A stretch of 64,000 nucleotides of DNA from an uncultured Clostridium sp. (GCA_902462295.1 CABQAZ010000001.1:12215-76214); one strand, 5' to 3'. Counted from the stretch's first letter, positions 28,188-39,287 are shown. Program-made: numbers and translations. Notes: a model not told the origin generated them from the letters alone.

Positions 28188-28582
28188 AAAATAAACCATT
28201 CTGCTTTTGACCGAGTGAATGGTTTATATCTTTTACTTGGCAACCACTTTCGTGGCTCTCATTTTCTATTTTTATTATACACAGATTTTCTATTTTTGTC
28301 AAATAAAAAAGTGATAAAATAGTGTAGAATTGTAACATAAAACAAAATAATTGTAAAATTTTAGTCTGTTCGGTTGAATAATACATAGTGTAAGAGCAAA
28401 CAGGGTGGTTTTTACGGGGCTACTCAAAACAAATAACAGCTTCCGAATCTAAGAACAATTTGTTTATTGTAACTATATAATAGCTTTTTTTTAGAATTGT
28501 CAAATGAAAATTTTAAAAAATATAGTTCATAAAATTGACAATGGAAAAATCATATATTAAAATACCAATAAATAATTTAATA

Positions 28583-28655
28583 AAAAACCTACAAACTGTT
28601 TTGGAAAAAGGACAACTAACTTTTTATTTATTGGGTATGATTAAAGGTAAAAATG
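28583..28655. repeat. About 75-bp intergenic repeat, copy 2
   Basis: See copy 1. Additional shorter shared modules occur at 27898/28346 and 28290/28460/28965/29000. Confidence 0.6.
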
Positions 28656-28721
28656 AATAGCAACCTTTTCAAAGTCAGAAAGGTAAGTCTTTTACTAAAG
28701 GGTGGAAAGGGGGCAAACAAT

Positions 28722-28832
28722 ATGACACAAGCCGAACTTATTCGAGAATTGGTTGAAAAGCTATTAGCAGAAAGAGATAAAAACAACGAACTTCAATCAA
28801 AACTTGAAGAATACAAAAAAAGTAAAGACTAA
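28722..28832 (+). CDS. Small amphipathic-helix protein (36 aa)
   Basis: RBS GGAAAGGGGG lies 8 nt before the ATG. MTQAELIRELVEKLLAERDKNNELQSKLEEYKKSKD. Confidence 0.3.
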   Translation: MTQAELIRELVEKLLAERDKNNELQSKLEEYKKSKD

Positions 28833-29052
28833 TTGTTGTTATACATAGTCGAGTGAGAAAATTTGTTACAGGGTTTCCTCGCTTTTTTTGAGCATAAAAA
28901 AAGTAGATGTAGTTACAGATACATCTACAGCAAACAATATACACAAGCCGAACCAGAGTACATTGTTTATTGTAACCATATAATAACACTTTCTTTATAA
29001 TTTGTCAAATAAAAAAGTGCTAAAAAATCTTATACAATTAATACATAAAAAA

Positions 29053-29083
29053 ATCCCTTGCAATGCCAACAAGGGATTTTTAA
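29053..29083. terminator. Bidirectional terminator
   Basis: aaaaaatcccttgcaatgccaacaagggattttt. Confidence 0.6.
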
Positions 29084-29353
29084 TCATTTTAACCAAAAAG
29101 AAATAGTATCAGACCACATTTCAATGCAAATGTTAGTCCCATCAAGCACTTTTTCAGTATAAGCAAATCCATTCAGCTGAAGTAACGACTTCAGCTTTGG
29201 TGATATTTTAGAACAAGGAATCTCAAATTTATCGGTATTGTGATTATATGTTATATTTTTCCGAAAAGTAGAATTATTCAGCATATTATATAACATATTA
29301 TTTAAGCCAGTATTAGGAGCTTTTCCTAATATATCCATAATGTAATTTAACAT
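29084..29353 (-). CDS. Hypothetical protein (89 aa)
   Basis: The start MLNYIM at 29353 has RBS AAAGGAGGAAG, which fits better than the track start. Confidence 0.45.
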   Translation of the reverse strand: MLNYIMDILGKAPNTGLNNMLYNMLNNSTFRKNITYNHNTDKFEIPCSKISPKLKSLLQLNGFAYTEKVLDGTNICIEMWSDTISFWLK

Positions 29354-29520
29354 GATACTTCCTCCTTTTAAATTGTTGGCATTGAAATAAAATACAATAT
29401 TTACTAATATAGAATACCACAAGTTATGTTAAATTGCAAATTAAAATCTTTTTAACAAAGAAGTAATCACAAGTTGAACAAACCTAAGTAGTATGTTATA
29501 ATTTCAATGAGGTGATTTTT

Positions 29521-29856
29521 ATGCATATGTCAAATTTTATTATATTAGGAATAGTATTAGTAATAGTACTTTTAATAGTGATGATTGTGTCAATTTTTAC
29601 ATCATCATCAGAAAAAGAACTTACTAAAATGGGAAATGCTGTAGCAAAAGCAAAATATAATGTTACTACTAATAATAAAGAAATACTAAAAAAGACTGCT
29701 GATGAAACAGCATATATACACAAAGATGCTGTAGAAACTATAATGCATTCAGTAAAAAATGGATTATCTGATAATGATAAAGTTTTTTGTAAATACTGTG
29801 GAGAACAGATTGATGCAGATTCAACTTTTTGCAAGAAATGTGGAAGAAAAATTTAA
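29521..29856 (+). CDS. Membrane-anchored zinc-ribbon protein
   Basis: N-terminal TM IILGIVLVIVLLIVMIVSIF. C-terminal CKYCGEQIDADSTFCKKCG. A hairpin terminator follows at 29879..29912. Confidence 0.5.
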   Translation: MHMSNFIILGIVLVIVLLIVMIVSIFTSSSEKELTKMGNAVAKAKYNVTTNNKEILKKTADETAYIHKDAVETIMHSVKNGLSDNDKVFCKYCGEQIDADSTFCKKCGRKI

Positions 29857-29989
29857 TATTATATTTACAATAATGTATAAAATATTCTATATTTCATTAT
29901 ATAGAATATTTTTTTGATATAGGATTCTGTCAAAAAAGTAACCAGATTATTAAACAAGCATATAATGTTAATAGGGAGATGAAGGGAAA

Positions 29990-30373
29990 ATGGCAGATGT
30001 GAAACTAAGTAATATAGCCAATGTAACAGGAACTTATGACTCTATACCAACAACACTTACTTCAGAAGCAGTTATAACTGAAATGATATCAGGATTAACA
30101 ATATTAAAAACAGCAGATAAGAAGAATTGGGCTAGTGGAAACTTAATGTATACAATAACAATAACAAATGGAGCCGAAAATCCATTTGAAACACCAACAA
30201 TTAAAGATACTTTAGACCCAGCATTAATCAAATTAGTAGAAGACTCTGTAGAAGTAAATGGAGAAAAAGCAGAATACAATTACGATCCAGAAACTGGAGA
30301 ATTAAGTGTAGTTCTTGAAACAATAGCTGTTGGAGCAAATTCTGTAATTACCTTTCAAGTGCAAAAAGCTTAA
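29990..30373 (+). CDS. DUF11 (conserved repeat domain) protein, possible spore or cell-surface appendage subunit
   Basis: T/N-rich beta-strand pattern YTITITNGAENP...ANSVITFQVQ is typical of DUF11. Confidence 0.5.
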   Translation: MADVKLSNIANVTGTYDSIPTTLTSEAVITEMISGLTILKTADKKNWASGNLMYTITITNGAENPFETPTIKDTLDPALIKLVEDSVEVNGEKAEYNYDPETGELSVVLETIAVGANSVITFQVQKA

Positions 30374-30693
30374 GGAAAATTGGAAAAAGTTAAAAAATAT
30401 AGCTATTATTGAAAGTAATGGCAAATTGTACAAAAGTAATATAGTAGAAGTTTATAATAAAAATTATAAAAAGAAATGTAAAAGTAAAATGATATATTAC
30501 AAAGAAGATTGTAATAATAAATATAAAATAAAGATTATAAAAATTTGTAAAAATGGAGAAATAATATATAAAATTTCTATAATAATTTATTGTAAGAAAA
30601 ATAACAGAAAATATAAAATGAAATTTGTAATATAAAAAAATAGTACTGTATAATTTTTAATATTAAAATTATATGGTGCTATTTTTATGTGAA

Positions 30694-32349
30694 TTATAGA
30701 AGCTCAGTTGTTAAAATCCAATTTATAAAAGTAGAATAAGTTTCTCCATTATATAATGGTTCTATTATTTTAAATAAAATACCTGTATTTTGATTCCAAG
30801 AAATAGATGTTGTTTTTGTAGAACCATCATTAGGGGGTCCAGAAAATATTAATATTGGATTATTGTTTAAAGTTTTAATATCATTATTATTATCAACAAA
30901 AATTAGTGAATCAGGCAAAGAATGTTTATTATTACTAGAAAGAGGAGTATCTATATATGCATACAAATACCAATTAGAACTAATAGCTCTTGAATCAACT
31001 ACAGACATATTAATAGAATTATCTTTTCTACCAAGTATCATTGGATTGGTACTAATAATAGGTCTTTGAAATTCGATTATAGAAGGAGCTCCAAGTAATT
31101 CTAAATTACCAAAATCTATAAATCTTAATGTTTTGGCTGTTTGAAAAGTTAATAAATTTAAATTTGGTAGAGATTGAATTTCTGTTTCAGATAAGTTATT
31201 ACTTGTTATAGTTGTTTTTGAAGAGGAAATAGTTCCTACAATAGATATATTTTCATCATTTGATTTATACCAAGAATATAAAGGATTATTTTCTAATATA
31301 CCTGTACTGAGTAATTTTGGTGAAGTTAGCCAATAATCTATTTTACCACAATTAATGTTAAAATTTGTTGTACTACCAAAAGATATACAATTATAGCTAC
31401 TATTATAAAGAATAATACTTTTGGGATTTGTTACATTAAAACTAGAAGAAGTAGTATTAAATAAAATAAGAGGTGAAGTATTTTGATAATTAGCTTCAAT
31501 ATATAAAGAGGCATTTTCATTTATTGTAAAAGTACCTCTACAAGAAATTGTAGCATAGCTACCATTAGTTTGAGACTGAACGATAGAAAGATTACTATTT
31601 TTGTCAATTAATATATTTGAAGCTTGATGACCATTATCTCTAAAAAATCCATATTTAGTTTTTATAGTAAAATTTGAGTTTGGGTTAATAGATAATTTTA
31701 TATAAGAACCAGAATAGACTATGTCCCTTGTAGTTGAAATATAAATATCAGAATTTTCTAAAATTTCTAAATATGGATTATTAGAATATCCCCTAAACCA
31801 AAATGCCGAATCACCAGTAGAATTATGAATAATAGTAGTTTTTCCACCAATTTGTAGTTGACCAGCTTCTGCGACCTCATTTGCTACACATGCTGTAGAA
31901 TCAATAATATTTATTGTTAAGTTTTCATATATTGATAAGCCACTAGGATGATATGTAATTTGTGGACCATTATAAGTTATGTTTTTATATGTAACAACAA
32001 CATTTTGATGATATGAATTTTCAGAAACATAAATTAAACCATAATAATTTTTACCCACAACATTAAGATTTTGAACAGTTACATGAATACTACTTGATGT
32101 TCGAACTCCAATGGTATCACTATTACTTGCACTATTCATATCAGTATAAGTATGAATAATTCCATTATTATCTAATGGATAAAGACCATCTATAGTTATG
32201 GTGCTTTTTGAAGCTAAGATTGTTATTCCCTCGGAAAGAGTAATATTTTTTGCTAAATAAATAAGAGTTATTTTATTATCTCCCTCTAAAATAGTTTTTA
32301 GTTCAGATGAAGTTTCAACTGCGACTGTGGAATCATTTATATTTATCAT
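30694..32349 (-). CDS. Right-handed beta-helix / pectate-lyase-like repeat protein
   Basis: 551 aa, highly N/S/T/I-rich, with recurring ...N.S.I..S...N.... beta-helix-like periodicity. No signal peptide. Confidence 0.45.
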   Translation of the reverse strand: MININDSTVAVETSSELKTILEGDNKITLIYLAKNITLSEGITILASKSTITIDGLYPLDNNGIIHTYTDMNSASNSDTIGVRTSSSIHVTVQNLNVVGKNYYGLIYVSENSYHQNVVVTYKNITYNGPQITYHPSGLSIYENLTINIIDSTACVANEVAEAGQLQIGGKTTIIHNSTGDSAFWFRGYSNNPYLEILENSDIYISTTRDIVYSGSYIKLSINPNSNFTIKTKYGFFRDNGHQASNILIDKNSNLSIVQSQTNGSYATISCRGTFTINENASLYIEANYQNTSPLILFNTTSSSFNVTNPKSIILYNSSYNCISFGSTTNFNINCGKIDYWLTSPKLLSTGILENNPLYSWYKSNDENISIVGTISSSKTTITSNNLSETEIQSLPNLNLLTFQTAKTLRFIDFGNLELLGAPSIIEFQRPIISTNPMILGRKDNSINMSVVDSRAISSNWYLYAYIDTPLSSNNKHSLPDSLIFVDNNNDIKTLNNNPILIFSGPPNDGSTKTTSISWNQNTGILFKIIEPLYNGETYSTFINWILTTELL

Positions 32350-32490
32350 AGAATACTCTCCTTTTGGTTATTTGTAATACATATATATTAATAAGATACA
32401 ATAAATATTCCATCAAAAATATAAAAAAATTATAAAATAAAGTATTATAACAATATATTATTCATATACATAGAACATAAGGTGGTTTTT

Positions 32491-33282
32491 ATGAAAATAT
32501 ATGTTATGACTAAAAAGAAAATTTCAATATATATAATTATAGTATTTATAATAATTTTATTAATATCAATGTTTTTTGTAGAGAGAAATTCAAAATCTCT
32601 AGCAATAGAACTATCTAAAAACAGTTTTATATCAACAGAAACAATGGAGGAGATTGCAAGTATAACAAAAAAAGAGGAAAAGATTGCATATTTAACATTT
32701 GATGATGGACCAAATACTCAAGTTACCCCTAAAATTTTAGATATTTTAAAAGAAGAAGATGTAAAAGCTACTTTTTTTGTTATTGGAAAATATGTAGAAA
32801 TGCATCCAGAAATAGTAAAAAGAGAGTATGAAGAGGGACATTACATAGCAAATCATGGATATGATCATAATAATTCAATATTATACAAAGATAAAGAAAG
32901 TTTTATGAATGAAGTAGAAAAGACAGATATGGCAATAGGTAGTGCAATAGGAGTAGAGGATTACTGTTCTCATATTTTTAGATTCCCAAATGGTTTCATG
33001 TCACCGTCTAATAAAGCTAAAAAGAAAGAAGCTTTAAACATATTAAGTGAGATGAATTATACATATATTGATTGGAATTGTTTAAATAATGATTCTGTAA
33101 AAAAATATTCAAAACAAGAATTAATGAATAATTTAAAAAAGACTTCTAAAAATAAAGGTGCATTGGTTGTACTAATGCATGATACAAAATATGTAAGTGA
33201 TTCTTCTACTATTTTAAAAGAGTCTATACAATATTTAAAATCTGAGGGATATGAATTCCAGAATTTTTATGATTTATTATAA
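32491..33282 (+). CDS. Polysaccharide deacetylase (NodB homology domain)
   Basis: YLTFDDGPN, HGYDH and FRFPNG motifs. N-terminal TM anchor. Confidence 0.8.
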   Translation: MKIYVMTKKKISIYIIIVFIIILLISMFFVERNSKSLAIELSKNSFISTETMEEIASITKKEEKIAYLTFDDGPNTQVTPKILDILKEEDVKATFFVIGKYVEMHPEIVKREYEEGHYIANHGYDHNNSILYKDKESFMNEVEKTDMAIGSAIGVEDYCSHIFRFPNGFMSPSNKAKKKEALNILSEMNYTYIDWNCLNNDSVKKYSKQELMNNLKKTSKNKGALVVLMHDTKYVSDSSTILKESIQYLKSEGYEFQNFYDLL

Positions 33283-33339
33283 AACAAATTATAATAACAA
33301 GGCGATTTAGCAATATCGCCTTGTTGTGATTAACAATGA

Positions 33340-34198
33340 TTATATGAGAGTAAATGTTTTTCCATTTAAATAGTTTAATAATCCACTATCAGAATTAAAA
33401 TTAAATGATAATTTATAAGCCTTTAATTGTTGAAATTTAAATCCAAAAATCTTATTAATAGAATTGATACCGTATTTTCCGTCTCCGATAATTGGATATC
33501 CAATGTGAGATAGATGTGCTCTAATTTGATGAGTTTTTCCAGTTTCTATTTCAACTTCTAATAAACAAGAGTTATTTTTATATTCTTTAATAACTGAATA
33601 TGATGTAATAATTTTATTATATCCTGTTTTAAATTCATCAGAAATATAAACAACTGATTTTTTGTTATCTTTAAATAAATAAGCTTCTAATTTTGCTTTT
33701 TTTATTTTAGGTATACCATAAACTAAAGCCAAATACTTTTTTTTAATTTCATGGTTTTTAAATTTTTCTAATAAGATATTTAAAGATTCTTCATTTTTTG
33801 CAAATAAAATTAATCCAGTAGTATTTCTATCAAGTCTGTGACATGGCATGGGAAGAAAACTACAATTTGAGTATTTTTGATGAACAATGTTAGTTAAACT
33901 TTCATTATTTCCAGTAACTTCTAAATTAGCAGGTTTGTTAATAATTAAAATATTTTCATCTTCAAATATAATATCTAAATTAATATTTGGAGAAAGTAGG
34001 TTGTCAGAAATGTAAACAAGAACTTCGTCTTTTTCATATATTAAATTGTCTTTGTTTGTTCTAATTCCATTGATTTTTATATCTTTTTGTCGTAATGCTT
34101 TATATAACATATTTGGAGATAAGTACGGAAAAGTATCTAGAATAAATTTTGAAAGTTTCTTTTTATCATATTTTTTTGGTACAATTAATTTTTTCATA
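33340..34198 (-). CDS. RluA-family pseudouridine synthase
   Basis: Catalytic motif HRLDRNTTGLILFAKN. Confidence 0.8.
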
Positions 34199-34456
34199 AA
34201 CAAATCCTTTTTTATAATTTTATTTAAGAATAACACATTTTTGTATTTTATACAAATGTATTTTTTTAATAGATTAAATAGAAAAAAAGAGTAAAAATGA
34301 ATAAAAAAAAGAAAAAATGAGAAAAATATACATAAATAACATGTTAAAAAAGGTAAAAAAACCTAAAAAGCTCTCAAAAAGGCTAAACAGGGATACAAGA
34401 TTTGCAAAATAAGTATAAATATGTTATAATAGAACACGGTCGCGTTAAAAAGGAGA

Positions 34457-35443
34457 GTGTATATTATTTTAAAAGCAAGAATAAAATATTATACTAAAGA
34501 AAGTTGCAAACTTTTTAGCATAATGGCAGTAGCATTTGGGGTAATAATAGCGATTATTTTATTAAAATATAAACCAATCTACAAGGTAACCTTAGCCGGA
34601 CAAGAAATAGGTTATGTAGAAAATGAAACAGAATTAGAAAATAGAATACAACAAGAAATCATAGAAATGAAAGGTAAAAATATAGATTTTGTTTCATTAG
34701 ATGAAATGCCAAATTATGAATTAAAATTAGTAAACAGAGAACAAAAAACTAATGAAGAAGAAATAATGTTAGCATTAAAAGAAAATACAAGAATAATATA
34801 TAAATATTATGCAGTAAATTTAAATAATGAGATTGTAGGGTTAGTAGACAATATAGAAGAAGCGGAAAAATCAATAAATCAAATAAAAGAAGAACATAAA
34901 AATGATACTGTAGAATTAGAATTAAGTGTAACAGAAAATTATACAGAAAACATTGAAGAAATAGAAATGGAAACAGTTGAAATTGCTCAAGCACAAGTAG
35001 AAGAAAAAGTAGCAGAACTTATAGAAGAAGATGAAAAAAGTAAATTGCCAAACATAAATGGTATCTTTTTAGCAGTAACACCAGTAAGTGGAATGATAAC
35101 TTCGAGGTATGGAGCAGTAAGTAGTATAAGATCAGGAGCACATACCGGAACTGATATAGCAACTAAAAGTGGAACTCCAATAAAAGCTGTAGCATCTGGA
35201 ACAGTAACATTTGCAGAAAAAAGTGGACCATATGGAAATTTAATAAAAATATCTCATGGTAATGGTGTAGAAACATGGTATGGACATTGTAGTAAATTAT
35301 ATGCAGTAGTCGGACAAGAAGTAGAAGCTGGTGATGTAATTGCAGCAGTTGGTTCTACTGGTAATTCAACAGGGCCACATCTACACTTAGAAATTAGAGT
35401 AGATGGAACTGCTATAAATCCGCAACAATATTTATATAAATAA
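34457..35443 (+). CDS. M23-family (LytM-like) membrane-anchored peptidase
   Basis: C-terminal HTGTDIA...GSTGNSTGPHLHLEI zinc-metallopeptidase motifs. N-terminal TM. The start codon is uncertain (GTG at 34457 or ATG at 34523). Confidence 0.7.
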   Translation: MYIILKARIKYYTKESCKLFSIMAVAFGVIIAIILLKYKPIYKVTLAGQEIGYVENETELENRIQQEIIEMKGKNIDFVSLDEMPNYELKLVNREQKTNEEEIMLALKENTRIIYKYYAVNLNNEIVGLVDNIEEAEKSINQIKEEHKNDTVELELSVTENYTENIEEIEMETVEIAQAQVEEKVAELIEEDEKSKLPNINGIFLAVTPVSGMITSRYGAVSSIRSGAHTGTDIATKSGTPIKAVASGTVTFAEKSGPYGNLIKISHGNGVETWYGHCSKLYAVVGQEVEAGDVIAAVGSTGNSTGPHLHLEIRVDGTAINPQQYLYK

Positions 35444-35526
35444 AAAAATCAAAAACTTACTATATTAGTAAGGGTTTGATTTTTTTGCTTAAATATAGTA
35501 AAATAAAAGTGTTAGGGGATGATTAT

Positions 35527-36168
35527 ATGGGATTTTTTAATAGAAAAAAGAACAAAGAACAAGAAATTTCTAGATATAAAGAAGAATATAATAAACCATT
35601 TGATATAAAATATACTATAACAAAAGATGGTAGATTACAGATAGATTTTCAAGAAAATCATGCAAAATTTGGAAAAATGTATGATACAACAAGATTAATT
35701 TTTACAAACAATATGGAAATGTTAAATAATAGATATGTTCCAGAATGTTTAGTTTCATGGTATGGTAGATCTGATGTAACATTATTGAAAGGTCCAGAAA
35801 GTGGTAGAAGAACTGAATGTAGTTATATTTTGGCTGATATAGATATAACACAAATGCAAACAAATCCGCAATATTGTGAAATGGTAATGAAAGAATTATT
35901 AGAGCAAAATAGAGTTAATAGATATTTGGAAAGTGGATTAGAAGATTATCCACAACGTCCATGTGGAGAATATATAGGTGGTGTTAGACAAATACAAAAT
36001 GGATATGAGAAATTTTTTGATTTACAAGCAGGAATGGATGCACATTATAAACCATATATGATGAGAAAGAGAGAAATACATAAAGCAGAAATACAAGAAA
36101 ATATTGCAAAAAATGCAGAGATAAAAAGATTACAAAAAAGACTTGATGAATTATACAATAATAGATAA
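35527..36168 (+). CDS. Hypothetical protein
   Basis: ORF whose likely start is MGFFNRKK at 35527. No family recognised. Confidence 0.45.
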   Translation: MGFFNRKKNKEQEISRYKEEYNKPFDIKYTITKDGRLQIDFQENHAKFGKMYDTTRLIFTNNMEMLNNRYVPECLVSWYGRSDVTLLKGPESGRRTECSYILADIDITQMQTNPQYCEMVMKELLEQNRVNRYLESGLEDYPQRPCGEYIGGVRQIQNGYEKFFDLQAGMDAHYKPYMMRKREIHKAEIQENIAKNAEIKRLQKRLDELYNNR

Positions 36169-36195
36169 AAAGGTGCTAAATTAGCACCTTTCATT

Positions 36196-38037
36196 TTATT
36201 CAACAGTTACAGATTTTGCAAGATTTCTAGGTTTATCAACATCTAATCCCTTTTCTTTTGATATATAGTAAGAAAGTAATTGTAAAGGAATAATTGCTAA
36301 AATAGGTGATAATAGCACATTAGTATCTGGAACAGTGATTATGGTATCAAAATTATTTGTTGGTAAAGCTTGATTAGTTACTATTAAGGTTTTTGCACCA
36401 CGAGTAATAACTTCCTGAATATTACTAACTGTTTTTTCAATTAATTTTTTATCAGTAATAATACTAATAACAGTAATATCATTTTCAATTAATGCAATAG
36501 GACCATGTTTTAATTCTCCTGCTGCATAAGCTTCTGAATGTATATAAGATATTTCTTTTAATTTTAATGAACCCTCTAATGCTGTATTATAATCAATACC
36601 TCTACCTAAAAAGAAAACATCTTTTTCTTGATATATGCGTTTGGCAAAAGTTTCAATTCTACCAGAAGATTTTAATGCTTCATCAATTTTGGTAGGAAGT
36701 GAATGAATTTCTTTTTTTAAATCATTTAATTCTAAGGTTGATGTGCTTTCTAATATTTCTGCAAAGTAGATAGCTAATATATTTAGTAAAATTACTTGAG
36801 AAGTATACGCTTTGGTAGAAGCAACTGCAATTTCTGGACCAGCATGAGTATAAATACAATAATCAGCTTCTCTTGTAATTGAACTACCAATAACATTTGA
36901 AATTGCTAAAGTTGTTGCACCTTTAGATTTTGCAAGTTTTAAAGCTGCAATAGTGTCAGCTGTTTCACCAGATTGAGAGATATAAATACATAAGGTATTT
37001 TTATCAATAATAGGGTTTCTATATCTAAATTCGGATGCAATATCAACAGTAACAGGTATATTACAAAGTTTTTCAATAGAAGATTTACCTGAAAGTCCAG
37101 CATGCATTGCTGTACCACATGCAACAATATACATTTTATTTATACTTGATAAAAATTCCTTAGTAAAATTCAAATCATCAAAATTGCATGGTTCATTTTC
37201 TGGTAAACGAGAACCTATTGTTTCTCTGATAGAATTAGGTTGTTCATAGATTTCTTTTAACATATAATCTTCATAACCATTTTTATCAGCACTGTTTGCA
37301 TTCCAATCAATAGTTTTTATTGGTTTAACAATTTTATTTAAATTAATATCATAAAAATCAACTGTATCTCTAGAAAGAACAGCGAATTCATAATCATTTA
37401 AAAGGTAAAAGTCTCTAGTAAATGATAAAATTGCAGGAATATCAGAAGAGATATAATTTTCTCCATCACCTTTACCAATAACAAGTGGGCTATCTTTTCT
37501 AATAACAATTAGATTATCAGGCATAAAACTTGAAATTACTTGGATAGCAAAACTACCTTTTAAATCTTTACATGTTTTTTGAACTGCACGTAAAACTTTT
37601 AAATCGTCATTTTGTGTATCTTTTGAATAATAATAATGTATAAGATTTGGGATAATTTCTGTATCTGTTTGAGAATGAAAAGTATATCCATTATCAATTA
37701 AAAAATTTCTTAAATCATTATAATTTTCAATAATTCCATTATGAACAACAGAAAAATTATTGCTATTATCTAAATGAGGGTGAGCGTTTTCTTTTGATGG
37801 TTTTCCATGTGTTGCCCATCTTGTATGAGCAATACCAATAGTTCCTGTTAAATCATTAATCCCATCTAAATTATATAGATTTTTAACTCTTCCTTTATCT
37901 TTCATAATAGATAAACCGTTTTTTTCAACAGTAGATATTCCTGCTGAATCATAACCTCTGTATTCTAGTCTTAAAAGACCATTAATTAATATAGGACTTG
38001 CTTTTTTATTTCCTATATATCCAATAATTCCACACAT
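36196..38037 (-). CDS. glmS: Glutamine--fructose-6-phosphate aminotransferase
   Basis: MCGIIGYIG N-terminal nucleophile plus two SIS domains. 613 aa. Confidence 0.95.
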   Translation of the reverse strand: MCGIIGYIGNKKASPILINGLLRLEYRGYDSAGISTVEKNGLSIMKDKGRVKNLYNLDGINDLTGTIGIAHTRWATHGKPSKENAHPHLDNSNNFSVVHNGIIENYNDLRNFLIDNGYTFHSQTDTEIIPNLIHYYYSKDTQNDDLKVLRAVQKTCKDLKGSFAIQVISSFMPDNLIVIRKDSPLVIGKGDGENYISSDIPAILSFTRDFYLLNDYEFAVLSRDTVDFYDINLNKIVKPIKTIDWNANSADKNGYEDYMLKEIYEQPNSIRETIGSRLPENEPCNFDDLNFTKEFLSSINKMYIVACGTAMHAGLSGKSSIEKLCNIPVTVDIASEFRYRNPIIDKNTLCIYISQSGETADTIAALKLAKSKGATTLAISNVIGSSITREADYCIYTHAGPEIAVASTKAYTSQVILLNILAIYFAEILESTSTLELNDLKKEIHSLPTKIDEALKSSGRIETFAKRIYQEKDVFFLGRGIDYNTALEGSLKLKEISYIHSEAYAAGELKHGPIALIENDITVISIITDKKLIEKTVSNIQEVITRGAKTLIVTNQALPTNNFDTIITVPDTNVLLSPILAIIPLQLLSYYISKEKGLDVDKPRNLAKSVTVE

Positions 38038-38049
38038 AAGTAGAACCTC

Positions 38050-38230
38050 CTTATAAATTAATCTTGTGGAATTGAAATATACAGCTTATGTATTAATGTC
38101 TGTTATAGCATTACTGCTAATTTTTGTTTAATACTATGGATTAAGCAATCCACTAGAGCATCCGCCGAAATTTCGATAACTCTAGACCTCGTCAACACAA
38201 AATCTAATGTGTTCTGGCGCTTGAATATTT
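38050..38230 (-). ncRNA. glmS ribozyme (GlcN6P-responsive self-cleaving riboswitch) in the glmS leader
   Basis: Minus strand reads AAGCGCCAGAAC...UGACGAGG...UUAUCGAAAUUUCGGCGGAUGCUCUAG. These conserved core elements match the glmS ribozyme consensus. Confidence 0.85.
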
Positions 38231-38465
38231 TTTTATAATACTCCTTTCTATGAATTTGGTATATTTCAATTTACTTTAATATATTATAGCAAAATGTAAA
38301 AAGTTACAAGGGCTTTTGAAATTTTTTTATATAGTTGCTTAATAAATTAGTAAAAAGAAGCCAATGAAATATAAACTTTTAATTATAGCTCTTGCTCCAT
38401 TTTATTTAAAGTTTATATTTCATAGACTTCTAGTAAAAATAATATTATATATAATTTATAGAATA

Positions 38466-39287
38466 TTAGTAATTTACAAAATTATATTTGCTCATTGTTT
38501 CATTAGATATTCTTGAAAAACCGGGTAAATCTGTTGACCATTTTCCGTCTTTATATTCAATTATAGTACCTGCGTTTTCTGTATAACCATCTAAATTATA
38601 ATCTTCATAAGATACCCAATATGTATTATTATCTCCATGTGCTACTAATTTTACATCAGTAATATACCATTTTGCATCGTCTGGTAAGTTTTCTGCTTTA
38701 TATTTAGTTAAAATTCCCCATGCAAGTTCTATATTCATTGTTTTATTTAACTCGTCTAAATTTTCATTAGTATAATTTACAAAATTGTATTTGTTCGCAG
38801 TCTCATCAGATATTCCTGAAAAACCTGGTAAATTTGTTAACCATTTACCATCTTTATATTCGATTATTGCACCTACGGTTTCTTTATAACCATCTAAATT
38901 GCATTCTTCATAAGATACCCAATATGTATTATTATCTCCGTGTGCTATTAATTTTATTTTTCCTATGTACCAATTAGCATTTGGTAAATTTTCGCTTTTA
39001 TATTTATTTAATATTCCGTAAGCTAATTCTGTACTCATATTAATTATTGATTCAGAAGTTGATTGGTTTGATACCGATACACTGGAATTTGACTCGCTGT
39101 TATTTTGGTTTTGTAATTCATTTATTGTAGTTTGCATATTAACAATACTTGTTTCTAAACTTTTTATTTCATTATCTGATTTTGCTTTGTTAATGTAAAT
39201 ATAAACAACCATAACTATAATTACAATTATTAATATAAATAAGAATAAAGTAAATAAACTAGTTTTTTGCATTTCTTTCTCTCTCAT
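38466..39287 (-). CDS. Membrane-anchored protein with two tandem repeats of about 85 aa
   Basis: N-terminal TM. The unit ELA(Y/W)GIL(N/T)KYK(S/A)ENLP...WYI...KL(I/V)AHGDNNTYWVSYE(E/D)(C/Y)NLDGY(K/T)E..G(A/T)IIEYKDGKW.T(N/D)LPGFS.IS.ET..KYNFVNY occurs twice. Confidence 0.55.
   Translation of the reverse strand: MREKEMQKTSLFTLFLFILIIVIIVMVVYIYINKAKSDNEIKSLETSIVNMQTTINELQNQNNSESNSSVSVSNQSTSESIINMSTELAYGILNKYKSENLPNANWYIGKIKLIAHGDNNTYWVSYEECNLDGYKETVGAIIEYKDGKWLTNLPGFSGISDETANKYNFVNYTNENLDELNKTMNIELAWGILTKYKAENLPDDAKWYITDVKLVAHGDNNTYWVSYEDYNLDGYTENAGTIIEYKDGKWSTDLPGFSRISNETMSKYNFVNY

Noticed and set aside
28738-28989. 83-aa minus-strand ORF in the repeat-rich region.
   Set aside because: Antisense to the RBS-equipped mini-ORF at 28722..28832, Cys/Ile-rich low-complexity, and no RBS.
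30426-30635. 69-aa K/I/Y-rich ORF.
   Set aside because: Extreme low-complexity, near-homopolymeric AT sequence with no RBS. It is probably an intergenic AT tract, although expression cannot be excluded.
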